Shown here: piece after piece, positions 23,881 to 35,141 of the stretch
How positions within the stretch are numbered: the stretch's first letter is position 1
Layout: each line of letters begins with the position of its first letter
Origin: Candidatus Hadarchaeum sp.
GTDB taxonomy: Archaea > Hadarchaeota > Hadarchaeia > Hadarchaeales > Hadarchaeaceae
DNA: 64,000 nucleotides
Reading direction: 5' to 3'
NCBI RefSeq assembly: GCF_038871235.1
Contig: NZ_JAVZIN010000002.1
Location: 43,043 to 107,042 of the forward strand
The notes under the pieces: model-generated
Databases searched by the model: none
What the model saw: only the letters and a program-made list of their open reading frames with translations
Told to the model about the DNA's origin: nothing
Translations under genes and position numbers: made by a program

Positions 23881-24807
23881 TCAAATTGATTTAGGCACCA
23901 AAAAATTTATCACATATCCTGCCAAAACAAAAACCACGGTTGCTACTATCATAAACGGAATGGTGTATGTGAGTCCTTTTGATATCTTTCCATATCTTAG
24001 GAGACCGACGACTAGGCTGCAAATAAAGGCCTGTAGTGCGTTATAAACCATCGCAATGATGGCCATCTCTGAAGATATACCAATATTGGTTCCACCTACC
24101 CTGATGCCGCTGACACCAACCGTCAGCCCCACTATAAACGGGGCCGCAAATAAGGTCACCGCATACAGAAACATTATCTGTTGCGTGGTCGCGGCTTTCC
24201 GTTCCCGCTGTATGGCCTGAATTTCACGAATATCGCTTGCAACTGAATCCAAAACATTGGCCAAAGCTGCACCGCGCTCAATTCCTTCTGCAATCAGTTG
24301 AAATGCTCTCTGAAACAAGGATGAACAAGATCTTCGGGACAGGGCCAAAAGCGCATTAATGAGCGGCCTTCCTTTATTGACCTCAGTTATCACTCTCTCA
24401 AACTCTAACGAAAGTTCTCCGTAATTAGATCTAGCAATATCCTCCAGCGCTGAATCTATACCCACTCCCGCCCTAAGTGTGCTCGCCATCTGATGAAGTG
24501 CATCCGGCAACGCCCGTTCAAGTTCAGCCGCTCTTCGCTGGGCCAGTAACGCCAACAATCCTTGCGATATACTCACAAAGGAAACAATGGCAGCCAAAGG
24601 AGCCAGAAAAATTAACAACCATCCAAAGAAAAATGATATCGTCACTATTGCTAATGTCACCCCGACTGAAAATACCACAGATATCCCCAAAAACTGCTCC
24701 GCGGATAGCCTCAGCTTAGTTGACTCCAACTTTCGGCCAATTTTATATCTAAATTTTTCTGAAAAAACCCGCCTCGCCAAGTCCGTTAACCACCGCGAGA
24801 ACACCAT
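23881..24807 (-). CDS. Type IV pilus platform protein (TadC/T2SSF)
   Basis: LERALPDALHQMASTLRAG, YGELS.EF, ERGAAL. Confidence 0.88.
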   Translation of the reverse strand: MVFSRWLTDLARRVFSEKFRYKIGRKLESTKLRLSAEQFLGISVVFSVGVTLAIVTISFFFGWLLIFLAPLAAIVSFVSISQGLLALLAQRRAAELERALPDALHQMASTLRAGVGIDSALEDIARSNYGELSLEFERVITEVNKGRPLINALLALSRRSCSSLFQRAFQLIAEGIERGAALANVLDSVASDIREIQAIQRERKAATTQQIMFLYAVTLFAAPFIVGLTVGVSGIRVGGTNIGISSEMAIIAMVYNALQAFICSLVVGLLRYGKISKGLTYTIPFMIVATVVFVLAGYVINFLVPKSI

Positions 24808-24808
24808 C

Positions 24809-25852
24809 TCATAACCTCGGTTCTAGTTTCTTTATCATAATTACGAAATAAAACAACAGAAAGGGGAGCAAAATTAGATAGATAACACCAGCGGCCTGAG
24901 TTGATATCCCCGCCCGCCCCATTCCTGAGGAAATGTTTACCGTTATCATCAGCATTGCCGGTATTACCGCGGAAACAAACATGTAGATCATTGTAATCAT
25001 ATTCAGAGACTGAGTGTAATCGCGCAACTTCATGCGCATCTCAAAGGCGGCCTCATCCGCCAACACGCTCAAAACCTTGGCTAGGTCCCCACCGGTTCTC
25101 AAGGCCCTTCTTATCTGGCGTGTGGTCTTTCGAAGGGGCTCCGAAGGCACCCGACCATCTAGGCGTGCTAATGCTTCCTCAAAACTAACACCTTTATTCA
25201 TGTCCGAGATAACCCTGCTGAATTCCTCGGAGAGTGCCCCGTAATCGGCTCGACTTATTGAGGTAATCGTCTCCGGTAGGCCTATTCCTGACGAAAGTTG
25301 GGTACTCATGTGTCGCAGAGCATACGGGAGAACTCTATTCACCTCCGCAACTCTTGAGTTTAACTTGCGCTTGGGATATGTCCTAACAAAATACACTGTA
25401 AATAAAAAAGATAATGCCCCGCCAATACCTAGGAACAAAAATGGAACGACAAAATAGAACAACAAGACTGATGTAAAGGCCGCCATAAGAAAGCCGCTGA
25501 CAATTGTTTTCACCGCGCGTCTCTTAGAAGGAGTCTCTGTACTGAGTTGAAAGGAGTCGGTGCTTACTCTCTTGAAGAACTTAGCAAGTGAAAATTTTTC
25601 TGATTCTTTATCAAATGAATCTAGACTTGTCGCACCACCCCATAGCTGACTGTTTGAATTTTCCTCAAAATCCGAAACTGGCTCCTCGACTCGAAATACG
25701 CTGGAACTCTTAATTTGTTTTTTAGCTACTGATGTTGACTGGCGCATTGAACCCCGAATCTTTTGGACCGACTCACCCACGCTAAAGACCTTATTTCCAA
25801 CCGCCAAAAAGATCTTTACCAAACCTTTCTTTCCGGCCCTTCTTTTTGACAT
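24809..25852 (-). CDS. Type IV pilus platform protein (TadB/TadC, T2SSF)
   Basis: LPYALRHMSTQLSSGIGL, YGALSEEF, TGGDLA. Confidence 0.88.
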   Translation of the reverse strand: MSKRRAGKKGLVKIFLAVGNKVFSVGESVQKIRGSMRQSTSVAKKQIKSSSVFRVEEPVSDFEENSNSQLWGGATSLDSFDKESEKFSLAKFFKRVSTDSFQLSTETPSKRRAVKTIVSGFLMAAFTSVLLFYFVVPFLFLGIGGALSFLFTVYFVRTYPKRKLNSRVAEVNRVLPYALRHMSTQLSSGIGLPETITSISRADYGALSEEFSRVISDMNKGVSFEEALARLDGRVPSEPLRKTTRQIRRALRTGGDLAKVLSVLADEAAFEMRMKLRDYTQSLNMITMIYMFVSAVIPAMLMITVNISSGMGRAGISTQAAGVIYLILLPFLLFYFVIMIKKLEPRL

Positions 25853-25868
25853 GGCACCACGGTCGGCC

Positions 25869-27557
25869 TCAAGATTTTTTTAATCCAGCTTTATTCAACA
25901 CCGCAGCAGGGTTTCGATAATATTCTTGGACCAATTTACCCACCTCAAAGATATTCCGAAGGCCCTCGCGCTTCATCCAACTGAGAAGCTTTTCTCTTCT
26001 CCTCAACTCAACTTCTATCTCATCCCCGCTGACACCGCTGAACTCAGCAATCATCCTTTTTATTTTTATTGGCACTCCTGTGGGCTCAACTGTGTCGGTT
26101 TTAGGATTCCATCTGAAGATCCGGCTTAGCTGTGGCTTTCCTCCCTCAAATCCAGTAATTTCGGCCACCTCAGTAACTCGGCGAATCTGCCCCATCTGCC
26201 TATGATAAATGCGCTGTTGCATGATGACAACATCCAGAGCGGTGATCATCATATGGGGGACACTCATTGGTGGCTCCGTCAATCTGGTGATGGTCTCCAT
26301 TGCACTGTTAGCATGCACGGTACCCATACACCCATCGTGTCCAGTATTCATGGCGGTGAACATAGTCCTCGCTTCAGGCCCCCTCACCTCACCGACGATC
26401 ATCCTGTCCGGCCTCATCCTCAGTGCATTCTTGACCAAATCATCCATCGTTATCTCTCCGCGCCCCTCAACGTTCGGTGGTCTGGTCTCCAGTCTTATCC
26501 AGTGTTTATGCGGGAGCTGAAGCTCGGCCGTGTCCTCGATGGAGATTATCCTCTCCCTCTCCGGGATAAAAGTTGTAGCACAGTTTAACGTCGTGGTTTT
26601 TCCTGAGCCAGTCCCTCCTGCTATCAAAATATTGGCCGGCTTTACTCCCAACCCGTCCACGATCAACCAGAGAAAGGCGGCAAAATTTAACGACATGGTA
26701 CCATAATCGAGGATATCCAAAATAGTCAACGGGTCCCTTCTAAATTTCCTTACCGATATGGTTGGGCCATCAATAGAAACTGGTGGTATCGTCGCATTGA
26801 CCCTGCTACCGTCCGGCAGTCTCGCGTCTAGCAAGGGAGATTGCTGGTCTATGCGCCTACCTACAACCCGGGCCATTTTGTCTATTAAATACTTTATAGA
26901 CCTCACATCTCGGAAAACTATGTTTGTAAAACACATCCCATATTTGCGGTGATAAACGTAAACGGGCTTGTTAACGCCAATGACCATGATGTCCTCAAGT
27001 CTGTCATCCGCTATGAGCGGGTCAAGCATTCCATACCCTAGCATGTCCCTAACGGCAAGTTCTCCAAGCTGGTGAAAGCGGTCTGCAGGAATTTTAACTC
27101 CTCTGCTCTCCCGCGCTATTATCTTTAAAACTTCTTGGGTGAACGTACGCTGCCGTTTCGCTGGGTCTGATATCCCTTCTGGGTTTATTTTTATCTCTTC
27201 GGCGGCGATGTCCTTAACTATTTCAAGAAGTCGTTGTTCTTCCTCCGTGATCTCGGGCATTTTCACCCTGTAAAAAATTAAGGGTTGCCCTTCTTCCGAT
27301 ATTATTTCTACCTGTCCGTAACTTTCAAGTATTTTTTCTCGAACACGAGTTTCTTTGACCTGAAAAACAGAGGAACTAGCCGACTTTTTTTTACCTTTTA
27401 TGTCTGTCCTAGGCTTAGTTAATTTGTCTGGAGGAGGGGACTCTTTTGCATCTGAGAAGAGGTAACTGGACGAAGCTACTTTTACAGAATGATTCATCAT
27501 TTTTTTCGAAATAGCCCGGCTAATACCCCGAATCAAATTTTTGGGCGCTTTTGACAC
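25869..27557 (-). CDS. Type IV pilus assembly ATPase (CpaF/TadA)
   Basis: GGTGSGKTT, SIEDTAEL, LRMRPDRMIVGEVRG, AMNTGHDG. Confidence 0.94.
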   Translation of the reverse strand: MSKAPKNLIRGISRAISKKMMNHSVKVASSSYLFSDAKESPPPDKLTKPRTDIKGKKKSASSSVFQVKETRVREKILESYGQVEIISEEGQPLIFYRVKMPEITEEEQRLLEIVKDIAAEEIKINPEGISDPAKRQRTFTQEVLKIIARESRGVKIPADRFHQLGELAVRDMLGYGMLDPLIADDRLEDIMVIGVNKPVYVYHRKYGMCFTNIVFRDVRSIKYLIDKMARVVGRRIDQQSPLLDARLPDGSRVNATIPPVSIDGPTISVRKFRRDPLTILDILDYGTMSLNFAAFLWLIVDGLGVKPANILIAGGTGSGKTTTLNCATTFIPERERIISIEDTAELQLPHKHWIRLETRPPNVEGRGEITMDDLVKNALRMRPDRMIVGEVRGPEARTMFTAMNTGHDGCMGTVHANSAMETITRLTEPPMSVPHMMITALDVVIMQQRIYHRQMGQIRRVTEVAEITGFEGGKPQLSRIFRWNPKTDTVEPTGVPIKIKRMIAEFSGVSGDEIEVELRRREKLLSWMKREGLRNIFEVGKLVQEYYRNPAAVLNKAGLKKS

Positions 27558-27665
27558 GGGCAGACCATCTTACGTAAGTTATAAATGCGTTAAAAGGATT
27601 ATTTATCAAATACTGAAAGTAAAGTTTAAATCTGAAAACAATGGTAAAAATAGGAGGGCGATATT

Positions 27666-29309
27666 ATGAGTGCGCTAGGAGGTAGGCCGGTACTCGTGCT
27701 GCCAGAAGGTACCCGAAGACTGATCGGGCGTGATGCCCAAAGAATGAATATTCTTGCGGCCCGGGTTATCGGCGAAGCCGTTAGAACTACCCTGGGTCCG
27801 CGTGGTATGGACAAAATGTTAGTTGACAGCTTGGGCGACGTCGTAATAACTAACGACGGCGTCACCATATTAAAAGAAATGGAAGTGGAGCACCCTGCAG
27901 CGAAGATGATGGTGGAGGTCGCCAAGACGCAAGACGAACAAGTGGGCGATGGAACTACAACCGCCGTCGTCATCGCAGGGGAGCTGCTGCACGAAGCTGA
28001 ACGCCTTTTAGACCAGTCGATTCACCCGACTGTCATCGCTGGCGGATACCGGCTCGCCGCTGAAAAGGCCCAGCAGATTCTGGACAGCATCGCTGAACCG
28101 CTGAAAATCAGTGATGACGAGATACTGAAGAAGATAGCTATGACGGCGATGAGCGGCAAAAAAGCCGAAGGATCAAGAGAAAAATTGGCTGACCTTGTTG
28201 TCAAAGCGGTAAAACAGATAGTTGATAAAACCGATGGGGGCTACATTGCAGACATTGATTACATCGGTGTGGAGAAAAAGCCAGGAGAAAGCACCGATGA
28301 CTCTCAGCTGATCCAAGGTGTAATTTTGGACAAAGAGAGGGTTCACCCAGGAATGCCCAAGAGAGTTAAAAACGCAAAGATAGCCCTACTCGACTGTGCC
28401 TTAGAGATAGAGAAGACCGAAACCGACGCCGAAATCAGGATAACAAGTCCAGACCAGCTCAAGGCTTTCATGAACGAGGAGGAATCCATACTCAAGGGCA
28501 TGGTTGACAAGATCGTTGCCACCGGAGCTAACGTCGTCATCTGCCAGAAAGGTATAGACGACTTGGCCCAGCACTACCTTGCCAAGGCAGGAATTTACGC
28601 AGTGAGGCGGGCGAAAAAGTCCGATATGGAAAAGCTGGCCCGCGCGACCGGAGGAAAAGTGGTCACCAACCTTGATGACCTCACGGCAAATGATTTGGGC
28701 AAGGCCAGCTTGGTGGAAGAAAGAAAAATCGGCGACGACAAGATGACCTTCGTTGAAGGCTGCAAAGACCCCAAGGCTGTTAGCCTGCTCATTAGGGGAG
28801 GAACGGAGCACGTTGTTGATGAGGTAGAAAGAGCCGTTCACGACGCCATCTGTGTTGTTGGTGCCGCAATTGAAGATGGAAAATATGTGGTTGGTGGCGG
28901 TGCACCCGAAGTCGAGTTGGCCAAGCGACTGAGAGAATATTCTGAAACTGTCGGCGGCAGGGAGGCTCTAGCCATCAACGCCTTCGCCAATGCCGTCGAA
29001 TCCATACCTAGAACCTTAGCTGAAAACGCCGGAATCGACAGCATAGATATCTTGGTTGAACTGCGGGCCAAACATGAAAAGCCAGATGGTAAATATTATG
29101 GTATTGACGCCTACAAGGGAAAAGTAGTTGACATGAACAAAGAAGGAATCCTTGAACCACTCAGATCAAAAACGCAGGCGATCAAATCGGCCAGCGAAGC
29201 TGCAATAATGATACTGAGAATTGATGATGTCATCGCTGCCTCCAAGCGTGAGATCTCTCCGCCTAAGGGCCCAAGCAAAGAAGGCGAGGAAGAAATCGGC
29301 GAGGATTAA
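27666..29309 (+). CDS. ths: Thermosome (group II chaperonin) subunit
   Basis: [18 protein letters not shown], acidic C-terminal tail. Confidence 0.97.
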   Translation: MSALGGRPVLVLPEGTRRLIGRDAQRMNILAARVIGEAVRTTLGPRGMDKMLVDSLGDVVITNDGVTILKEMEVEHPAAKMMVEVAKTQDEQVGDGTTTAVVIAGELLHEAERLLDQSIHPTVIAGGYRLAAEKAQQILDSIAEPLKISDDEILKKIAMTAMSGKKAEGSREKLADLVVKAVKQIVDKTDGGYIADIDYIGVEKKPGESTDDSQLIQGVILDKERVHPGMPKRVKNAKIALLDCALEIEKTETDAEIRITSPDQLKAFMNEEESILKGMVDKIVATGANVVICQKGIDDLAQHYLAKAGIYAVRRAKKSDMEKLARATGGKVVTNLDDLTANDLGKASLVEERKIGDDKMTFVEGCKDPKAVSLLIRGGTEHVVDEVERAVHDAICVVGAAIEDGKYVVGGGAPEVELAKRLREYSETVGGREALAINAFANAVESIPRTLAENAGIDSIDILVELRAKHEKPDGKYYGIDAYKGKVVDMNKEGILEPLRSKTQAIKSASEAAIMILRIDDVIAASKREISPPKGPSKEGEEEIGED

Positions 29310-29311
29310 GT

Positions 29312-29773
29312 CTATCTGATGAAGACAACGGCGGCTAAGGCGGCACCGTGTTGCTCGACAACGTGACCCGCTGAAACTGAAGTGACCTTGGTGGGTTCAA
29401 GTCCCCTCCTTTCCATCATGTATCTAACCATGTCCTCAGCCGTCCTTGCCGCCATCTTTTGAGTTATGCCGATATCGTGGTACTCAGAGACCATCCCGTG
29501 AGAGGTTTCACTGATTGCTATCCCTACTGCTGCGGCTATCTTCTGCCCTGGTGTTGAACTACATATCTTGGAGATAACGAGGGGTACTATTGTCCCTGGT
29601 TCCATCTTCCTCCATTTGACTATCTTACAACCAATGGGCCAAATGCTGGACACTGGTACTAGATTAAGTTCGGCAATGCCTGCCTTTCTAAGCGCATTGT
29701 CAAAGGCGACTAATTCAAATGGTCCATCGGCGTCGCCTGCTACCAACGCTGCTTCTTTGGGTACTTCCCACAT
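29312..29773 (-). CDS. pdaD: Pyruvoyl-dependent arginine decarboxylase
   Basis: AFDNALRKAGI..LNLVPVSSI (Ser-Ser self-cleavage site), GMVSE. Confidence 0.9.
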   Translation of the reverse strand: MWEVPKEAALVAGDADGPFELVAFDNALRKAGIAELNLVPVSSIWPIGCKIVKWRKMEPGTIVPLVISKICSSTPGQKIAAAVGIAISETSHGMVSEYHDIGITQKMAARTAEDMVRYMMERRGLEPTKVTSVSAGHVVEQHGAALAAVVFIR

Positions 29774-29777
29774 ACTA

Positions 29778-31310
29778 TCACACTATCCTAGGTCGGTGTG
29801 TTATTTTCTCCAGTAACATTCCCTCGATCTTGAGAGGGAACTTACGTCTCGCGACTTCCAGAGCTTCATCGAGTTTTGACTCATGTTCTGCATAAATTTC
29901 AAAAAGCGGCTCTCCCTTATCAACTTTTCCCTCCTTTTTCCGCAACAACACAATGCCAGCGCCTTTGTCCCTCGGAGCACCTGCAGTCCGTGCTATCTCG
30001 TTGACATTCTGGTTGTATATTTGAGTCACGTAGCCGGAATATGGGGCCACTACTACTTCTTTTTTATCGCCGATGGGGATATCCTCTGGTTTGATGTCAG
30101 GATTTCCTCCTTGAGCAGCAATTATCTCACGCATTTTTTGATATGCCTTCCCCGACCTTAAAATTTCAATTGCCATCTCCTTACCTAATCCTGGAGGAGC
30201 CGCACCACCTAACTCAAGCATGATTGCAGCAAGGCTGGTTGATTTCTCAATTAGGCTTCCGGGACCTTTCCCAAGGAGCGCCTCTAGCGCCTCTTTTGCC
30301 TCAAGGGCAGGGCCCACATTATGTCCAATAGGCTGGCCTCCGTATGTTACTGCCACTTCCACTTGAACTTTCAAACGATGCCCAAGCTCGATAAAATCGT
30401 GAGCAAAACTGCGCGCCTCCTCAATGTTCTCAACTTTCGCTCCCGGTCCGGTTGGTATATCGATCAAGATGCTGTCGACTCCTTCAGCTAATTTCTTCGA
30501 CATCACGCTGGCCAGTAGCTGGCATCTCGGATCAATACCCAACTGACGCTCTATGCTAATTATTATATCGTCGGCCGGGGCTAAATTAACAGCCCCTCCC
30601 CAAGCCAAAACGCCACCTACCTTATTAGCGATCTTTTTTATTTCATCTATACTAAGGGTCACATTCGCAAGTACTTCCATAACGTCGGCAGTTCCCGCTG
30701 CGCTAGTAATGGATCTGCTGCTGGTTTTAGGAACTATTATTCCTGTTGCCGCTACTATGGGCACCGTTATCAGAGCATACTTGTTTCCTGGAACACCTCC
30801 TATGCTATGAACATCTAGCACATGTTCCCGATCAAACTCAATTCTATCACCAGTGTCCAACATGTGTTGAGTTAGCGCAACTATCTCATCCAAATCCATA
30901 TCTCTGATGAACTCGGAAACGACAAAAGCCGTCATTTCGGTGGTGCTCAAGTTACCAGCAACGATATCCCGAATAATGGCACCGATCTCATCGTGGGTCA
31001 ACTTCCCGCCGGACATCTTCTTTTTAATCGAAGCAACTGACTGGGGGCGCGGCGCGATCTCAACGCTCACCACATCACCGGATTTCAGGGCTAGGGCCTC
31101 TGTGACCTCGCGAAAAGCACCAAGTTCTCCAGGCTTAACCAGTTTATTGGTCTCATTAGCAATCGCCACGATCGTCTTATTTTCCGTGATCAATTTCACT
31201 CTATCACCGGGAAAATGGCCGATCTCTTGGGAATCTCTCTCATGTATCACAACAATGTTGCGTCCGGTTTCCATGTCAAGCGGCTTAGTTCGGAGAGTAA
31301 GTTTTTTCAT
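29778..31310 (-). CDS. deoA: AMP phosphorylase
   Basis: N-terminal beta-barrel extension, HSIGGVPGNK, PKTSSRSITSAAGTAD, GPALEA. Confidence 0.92.
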   Translation of the reverse strand: MKKLTLRTKPLDMETGRNIVVIHERDSQEIGHFPGDRVKLITENKTIVAIANETNKLVKPGELGAFREVTEALALKSGDVVSVEIAPRPQSVASIKKKMSGGKLTHDEIGAIIRDIVAGNLSTTEMTAFVVSEFIRDMDLDEIVALTQHMLDTGDRIEFDREHVLDVHSIGGVPGNKYALITVPIVAATGIIVPKTSSRSITSAAGTADVMEVLANVTLSIDEIKKIANKVGGVLAWGGAVNLAPADDIIISIERQLGIDPRCQLLASVMSKKLAEGVDSILIDIPTGPGAKVENIEEARSFAHDFIELGHRLKVQVEVAVTYGGQPIGHNVGPALEAKEALEALLGKGPGSLIEKSTSLAAIMLELGGAAPPGLGKEMAIEILRSGKAYQKMREIIAAQGGNPDIKPEDIPIGDKKEVVVAPYSGYVTQIYNQNVNEIARTAGAPRDKGAGIVLLRKKEGKVDKGEPLFEIYAEHESKLDEALEVARRKFPLKIEGMLLEKITHRPRIV

Positions 31311-31366
31311 GATATCAGAATTTTTTATGTCATTAAAAGACTTAAACGTTTTCAAACAAATGATGA

Positions 31367-31666
31367 ATGGATTGGATGATAAAAATCGAAGAGTTAAACG
31401 TGGAAAACAAGAAAATTTGTGGATTAGTAGCTGATCTCCCTAAGGCTCCACTGGTAGCAATAATCGCACCCAAGGGATACATCATGTGCGGTTATTTGAA
31501 CCTAGAAACTGCGGAAAATTTGGGCCAAGCAGCCGCAATCGTGAGAGGCGTTGCTAGTGTTGAGGATATGCTAAATAAAAAAATTTCAGCAGTTACCTCA
31601 CAAGCCAAGATTCTTGGGATTAATGAAGGTACTCCCGTTAAGGAAGCTATTAAAAAATTGATCTGA
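31367..31666 (+). CDS. DUF1805/YunC family protein
   Basis: KGYIMCGYLN...AAIVRGV..VEDML...A..LGI. Confidence 0.85.
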   Translation: MDWMIKIEELNVENKKICGLVADLPKAPLVAIIAPKGYIMCGYLNLETAENLGQAAAIVRGVASVEDMLNKKISAVTSQAKILGINEGTPVKEAIKKLI

Positions 31667-32465
31667 TTTTTGTTGCCGTTTTCAGTTTCCTGCTGATGGA
31701 TCCGATTCTCTGCAACATTATCTTTCTATTTCTTAAATTTTCTTCAATAACTTTAACCAAAGCGCTGCCCACAATCGCGCCATCAGCACCTGCCTCGATA
31801 ATGCTCAGGATATGCCTTGGCTCAGAAACTCCGAATCCAACCACAACTGGGACTTTGCAGTAGCCCTTGGCCTTAAATACGAGGGAGCTAAGCAATGGTG
31901 AAAGATTCTTTCGGACGCCTGTGACTCCTAGCAGACTAACCAAGTAAAGGAAACCGCTTGTTGCGCTTACGATCTTCTTAAATCTTTCCTCAGTAGTAAC
32001 AGGTGTGGCAAGGAAGATCATATCCAAACCGCGTTTCTTGGACTCCTCCATCACCTCCCGCGCCTCCTCAACGGGAAGATCCGGGATTATCAACCCATCA
32101 ACTCCACTAAGGGCACAATCGGTAATGAAACGGGATATGCCGCTCTTGAGAATGGGATTAAAATAGCTCAAGCAAATTAGCGGCACTTCTACTTTCTCTC
32201 TGATTTTTTTCATTAAGGCAAAATAAATATCTGTGTTCATACCAGATTGAAGGGCTCTTGCAGCTGAGGCTTGAATTGTGGAGCCATCAGCAACCGGGTC
32301 GGAAAAAGGGAGGCCCAGTTCTATCATGTCCACACCTGAGTCTTCAAGTATTTCAGCCATCTTCAATGTCAAATGCGGTGTGGGATCTCCTGCCACTAAA
32401 AAAGTCACTAATGCACCTTCTTTCTTGAAACTGAGCTCCTCAAACTTTGCTGCGATTCTGCTCAC
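31650..32465 (-). CDS. trpA: Tryptophan synthase alpha
   Basis: [27 protein letters not shown]. Confidence 0.96.
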   Translation of the reverse strand: MSRIAAKFEELSFKKEGALVTFLVAGDPTPHLTLKMAEILEDSGVDMIELGLPFSDPVADGSTIQASAARALQSGMNTDIYFALMKKIREKVEVPLICLSYFNPILKSGISRFITDCALSGVDGLIIPDLPVEEAREVMEESKKRGLDMIFLATPVTTEERFKKIVSATSGFLYLVSLLGVTGVRKNLSPLLSSLVFKAKGYCKVPVVVGFGVSEPRHILSIIEAGADGAIVGSALVKVIEENLRNRKIMLQRIGSISRKLKTATKIRSIF

Positions 32466-33654
32466 AATCCAACCCCCTTACCTTTGCAGCTACTTCTGCG
32501 TCTTTGTCACCTCGCCCGGAAAGATTCACTACGATTACTCCGCCTCTAAACTTCTTCGGCATTTTTTTGAGATAGGCAACGGCATGCGCTGATTCGAGCG
32601 CAGGAATTATCCCTTCCGACTGTGAAAGAAGTTTAAATGCCTCCATGGCCTCGCTATCAGTAACGTGATCGTATTTTGCCCGACCCGCTCTCTTTAGAAA
32701 AGCGTGCTCCGGTCCCACTCCGGGATAATCCAGACCTGCGGCGATGCTGTGGGTCTGACTTATTTGTCCAAACTTGTCCTGCAAAACATACGTAAAGCAA
32801 CCATGGATCACCCCCTCGGTACCGGCACATAGTGAGGCGGCATGTTGGCCTGTTTCAATCCCTTTGCCTCCGGCTTCTACTCCATAAAGGGCTACGGGAT
32901 CATCAAGAAATTCGTAGAAAATACCAATGGCGTTGCTACCTCCTCCCACGCAGGCAAGAATCGCATCTGGCAATCTTCCCTCCAGATCAACTATCTGTTT
33001 TCTTGTCTCTTTCCCAATAACACGCTGAAAATCTCGTACTATCATGGGATAAGGATGGGGGCCCACAACCGAGCCAAGTAAATAATGAGTATCTTCTACA
33101 TTAGCCGACCAGTCACGAAGGGCCTCATTTATCGCATCCTTGAGCGTCCCTGACCCACTTTTCACAGGAATCACTTTTGCGCCGAGCATTCGCATTCGAA
33201 AGACGTTAAGCCTCTGGCGCTTGACGTCCAACGAACCCATATAGATTTCACATCGAAGCCCCAGCATGGCCGCGGCCGTGGCCGTGGCAACTCCATGCTG
33301 GCCGGCTCCGGTTTCTGCGATGAGTCTGGTTTTACCCATGTATCTGGCAAGAAGCGCTTGCCCCAGCGTGTTGTTAAGTTTATGCGCTCCAGTACCGAGC
33401 AAATCCTCCCTCTTCAGATAAACGTTAAATCCATATATCTGACTCAGTTTTCTAGCAGGGAAAAGAGGAGTGGGCCGGCCCCCATACTTTTTTAGAAGAT
33501 CGTGAAGTTCTTGCTGAAAATTTTTATTTTTCTTAATCTTCAGGTAGTACCTCTCGAGTTCTTCAAGAGCTGGCATCAGCGTCTCCGGTACAAACCTTCC
33601 CCCATATGGGCCGAAATATCCATGCTTATCAGGATATCTACCAACGAACTTCAT
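32440..33654 (-). CDS. trpB: Tryptophan synthase beta (TrpB1 type)
   Basis: [43 protein letters not shown]. Confidence 0.97.
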   Translation of the reverse strand: MKFVGRYPDKHGYFGPYGGRFVPETLMPALEELERYYLKIKKNKNFQQELHDLLKKYGGRPTPLFPARKLSQIYGFNVYLKREDLLGTGAHKLNNTLGQALLARYMGKTRLIAETGAGQHGVATATAAAMLGLRCEIYMGSLDVKRQRLNVFRMRMLGAKVIPVKSGSGTLKDAINEALRDWSANVEDTHYLLGSVVGPHPYPMIVRDFQRVIGKETRKQIVDLEGRLPDAILACVGGGSNAIGIFYEFLDDPVALYGVEAGGKGIETGQHAASLCAGTEGVIHGCFTYVLQDKFGQISQTHSIAAGLDYPGVGPEHAFLKRAGRAKYDHVTDSEAMEAFKLLSQSEGIIPALESAHAVAYLKKMPKKFRGGVIVVNLSGRGDKDAEVAAKVRGLDCEQNRSKV

Positions 33655-33710
33655 TCTGATTACCCGCACGTAAGAATAAACTGAAAATTACGTGGTTACC
33701 CAGCGTGTTC

Positions 33711-34367
33711 TCAGCTCCGTTCGGCTTTCCTCACCGCTTCTAAAAACTCCTGCATGAGCTTGGGATCCTTTCGTCTTGGACTCGACTCCACTCCTGTAGC
33801 TACGTCGACCCCATACGGCCTAACTATTTTTATCGCCTGTGCTACGTTGGTGGGGGTAAGACCGCCAGCGAGAAAAACTGGCCTTTTCACAACTTTTCTT
33901 ATGCTGGCGCTCAGGTTCCAGTTGTGAGGGAGGCCAGTTCCCCCTCCAGAGGGCCCTTCAGTATCTATTAATAGAAAATCGGCGCCTTCTGAGAACAACA
34001 AGGCTTTATGGATAATTTCCTCGAAGTTCCCAATCTTTTGAGGAACCGAAACAACCGTCATCACCCGAGCATCAAGTTCTTTCCTTAATTTAAGAAGTTC
34101 TTCTGTTGAGAAAGTAAGTTGGAACTGGAGAATATCCGGTCTTAATTTTTCATAAATATTTTTTACATCATCGGCACATCGAGGCAAAAAAACCGCCACT
34201 CTCGCGACACCTTGATCGACTTTGTCAAAAATCTTGGAGGCTTGGTCAATATTCACGTGACGCGAGGATTGTGGGATGAGAATAACTCCCACCATATCAA
34301 CGCCCAGCCTGCACGCGATTTTTACATCCCCAACTCGAGTGAACCCACAAATTTTAATTTTTGTCAT
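33711..34367 (-). CDS. trpF: Phosphoribosylanthranilate isomerase
   Basis: KIKICG, GGTG, LAGGL, GVDVATGVE. Confidence 0.94.
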   Translation of the reverse strand: MTKIKICGFTRVGDVKIACRLGVDMVGVILIPQSSRHVNIDQASKIFDKVDQGVARVAVFLPRCADDVKNIYEKLRPDILQFQLTFSTEELLKLRKELDARVMTVVSVPQKIGNFEEIIHKALLFSEGADFLLIDTEGPSGGGTGLPHNWNLSASIRKVVKRPVFLAGGLTPTNVAQAIKIVRPYGVDVATGVESSPRRKDPKLMQEFLEAVRKAERS

Positions 34368-34370
34368 GTT

Positions 34371-35141
34371 TTACCTCGCGTTCACCAATGATCTAACCTT
34401 CTGCTCAATATTTCTAGATGTCATCAACGCTGTGCCCACCAGAACCGCATCCGCTCCAGCATCAAGCATACTTCTCACGTCAGCTGCTGTGAATATTCCA
34501 CTCTCGCTCACCAGGGTTACATCTTCAGGTATATCAGGTGCAAGGTCAACTGTACGCTGCAAATTTACCTTTAAAGTTTCTAAGTCTCTATTATTTATCC
34601 CAATTAACTGAGCCCCAGCTAAAACCGCCAACTTGATCTCTCTCTTGTTCGTGACTTCAACCAAACTTTCCATTCCAAGCTCTTCAGCCAAGAGCATAAA
34701 ATCGCGCAGGCGGGGGCCAAGCAACTTGACTATTAGCAGTACTACGTCCGCCCCTAGCCTTGCTGCCTCTAAAATCTGATACTCATCAACGATGAAATTC
34801 TTATAGATTAAGGGGACATCAACTTTATTTCGCAACTCACCAAGAAAGATTGGGTCACCTTTAAAATATTTGGACTCGGTAATAACGGAAAGCGACACAG
34901 CTCCACCACGAACCATTGCATACGCCACCTCGATTACATTTGCTTCCAGTCTGATGTCTCCTACAGATGGCGAGGCACGTTTTATCTCGGCAATTATTGG
35001 TACTCTCTCTGCCTCCTCTATAGCTCCTATCAAGCTTAATCTCTTGACTTTTGGAATTTTTGAACATAGAATTTGATTGACACGAGCCCTACGCTGCACC
35101 TCTTTCCGAACCTCCTGAACTATGTTTGTTAAAAAGTTCAT
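34371..35141 (-). CDS. trpC: Indole-3-glycerol phosphate synthase
   Basis: IAEIKRASPS, GINNRDL, VSESGI, LVGTALM. Confidence 0.95.
   Translation of the reverse strand: MNFLTNIVQEVRKEVQRRARVNQILCSKIPKVKRLSLIGAIEEAERVPIIAEIKRASPSVGDIRLEANVIEVAYAMVRGGAVSLSVITESKYFKGDPIFLGELRNKVDVPLIYKNFIVDEYQILEAARLGADVVLLIVKLLGPRLRDFMLLAEELGMESLVEVTNKREIKLAVLAGAQLIGINNRDLETLKVNLQRTVDLAPDIPEDVTLVSESGIFTAADVRSMLDAGADAVLVGTALMTSRNIEQKVRSLVNAR

Noticed and set aside
27616-27640. TAAATCTGAAA shared with the pilin upstream region (23839-23849)
   Set aside because: Here it coincides with the thermosome TATA box; an AT-rich 11-mer match is plausibly chance.
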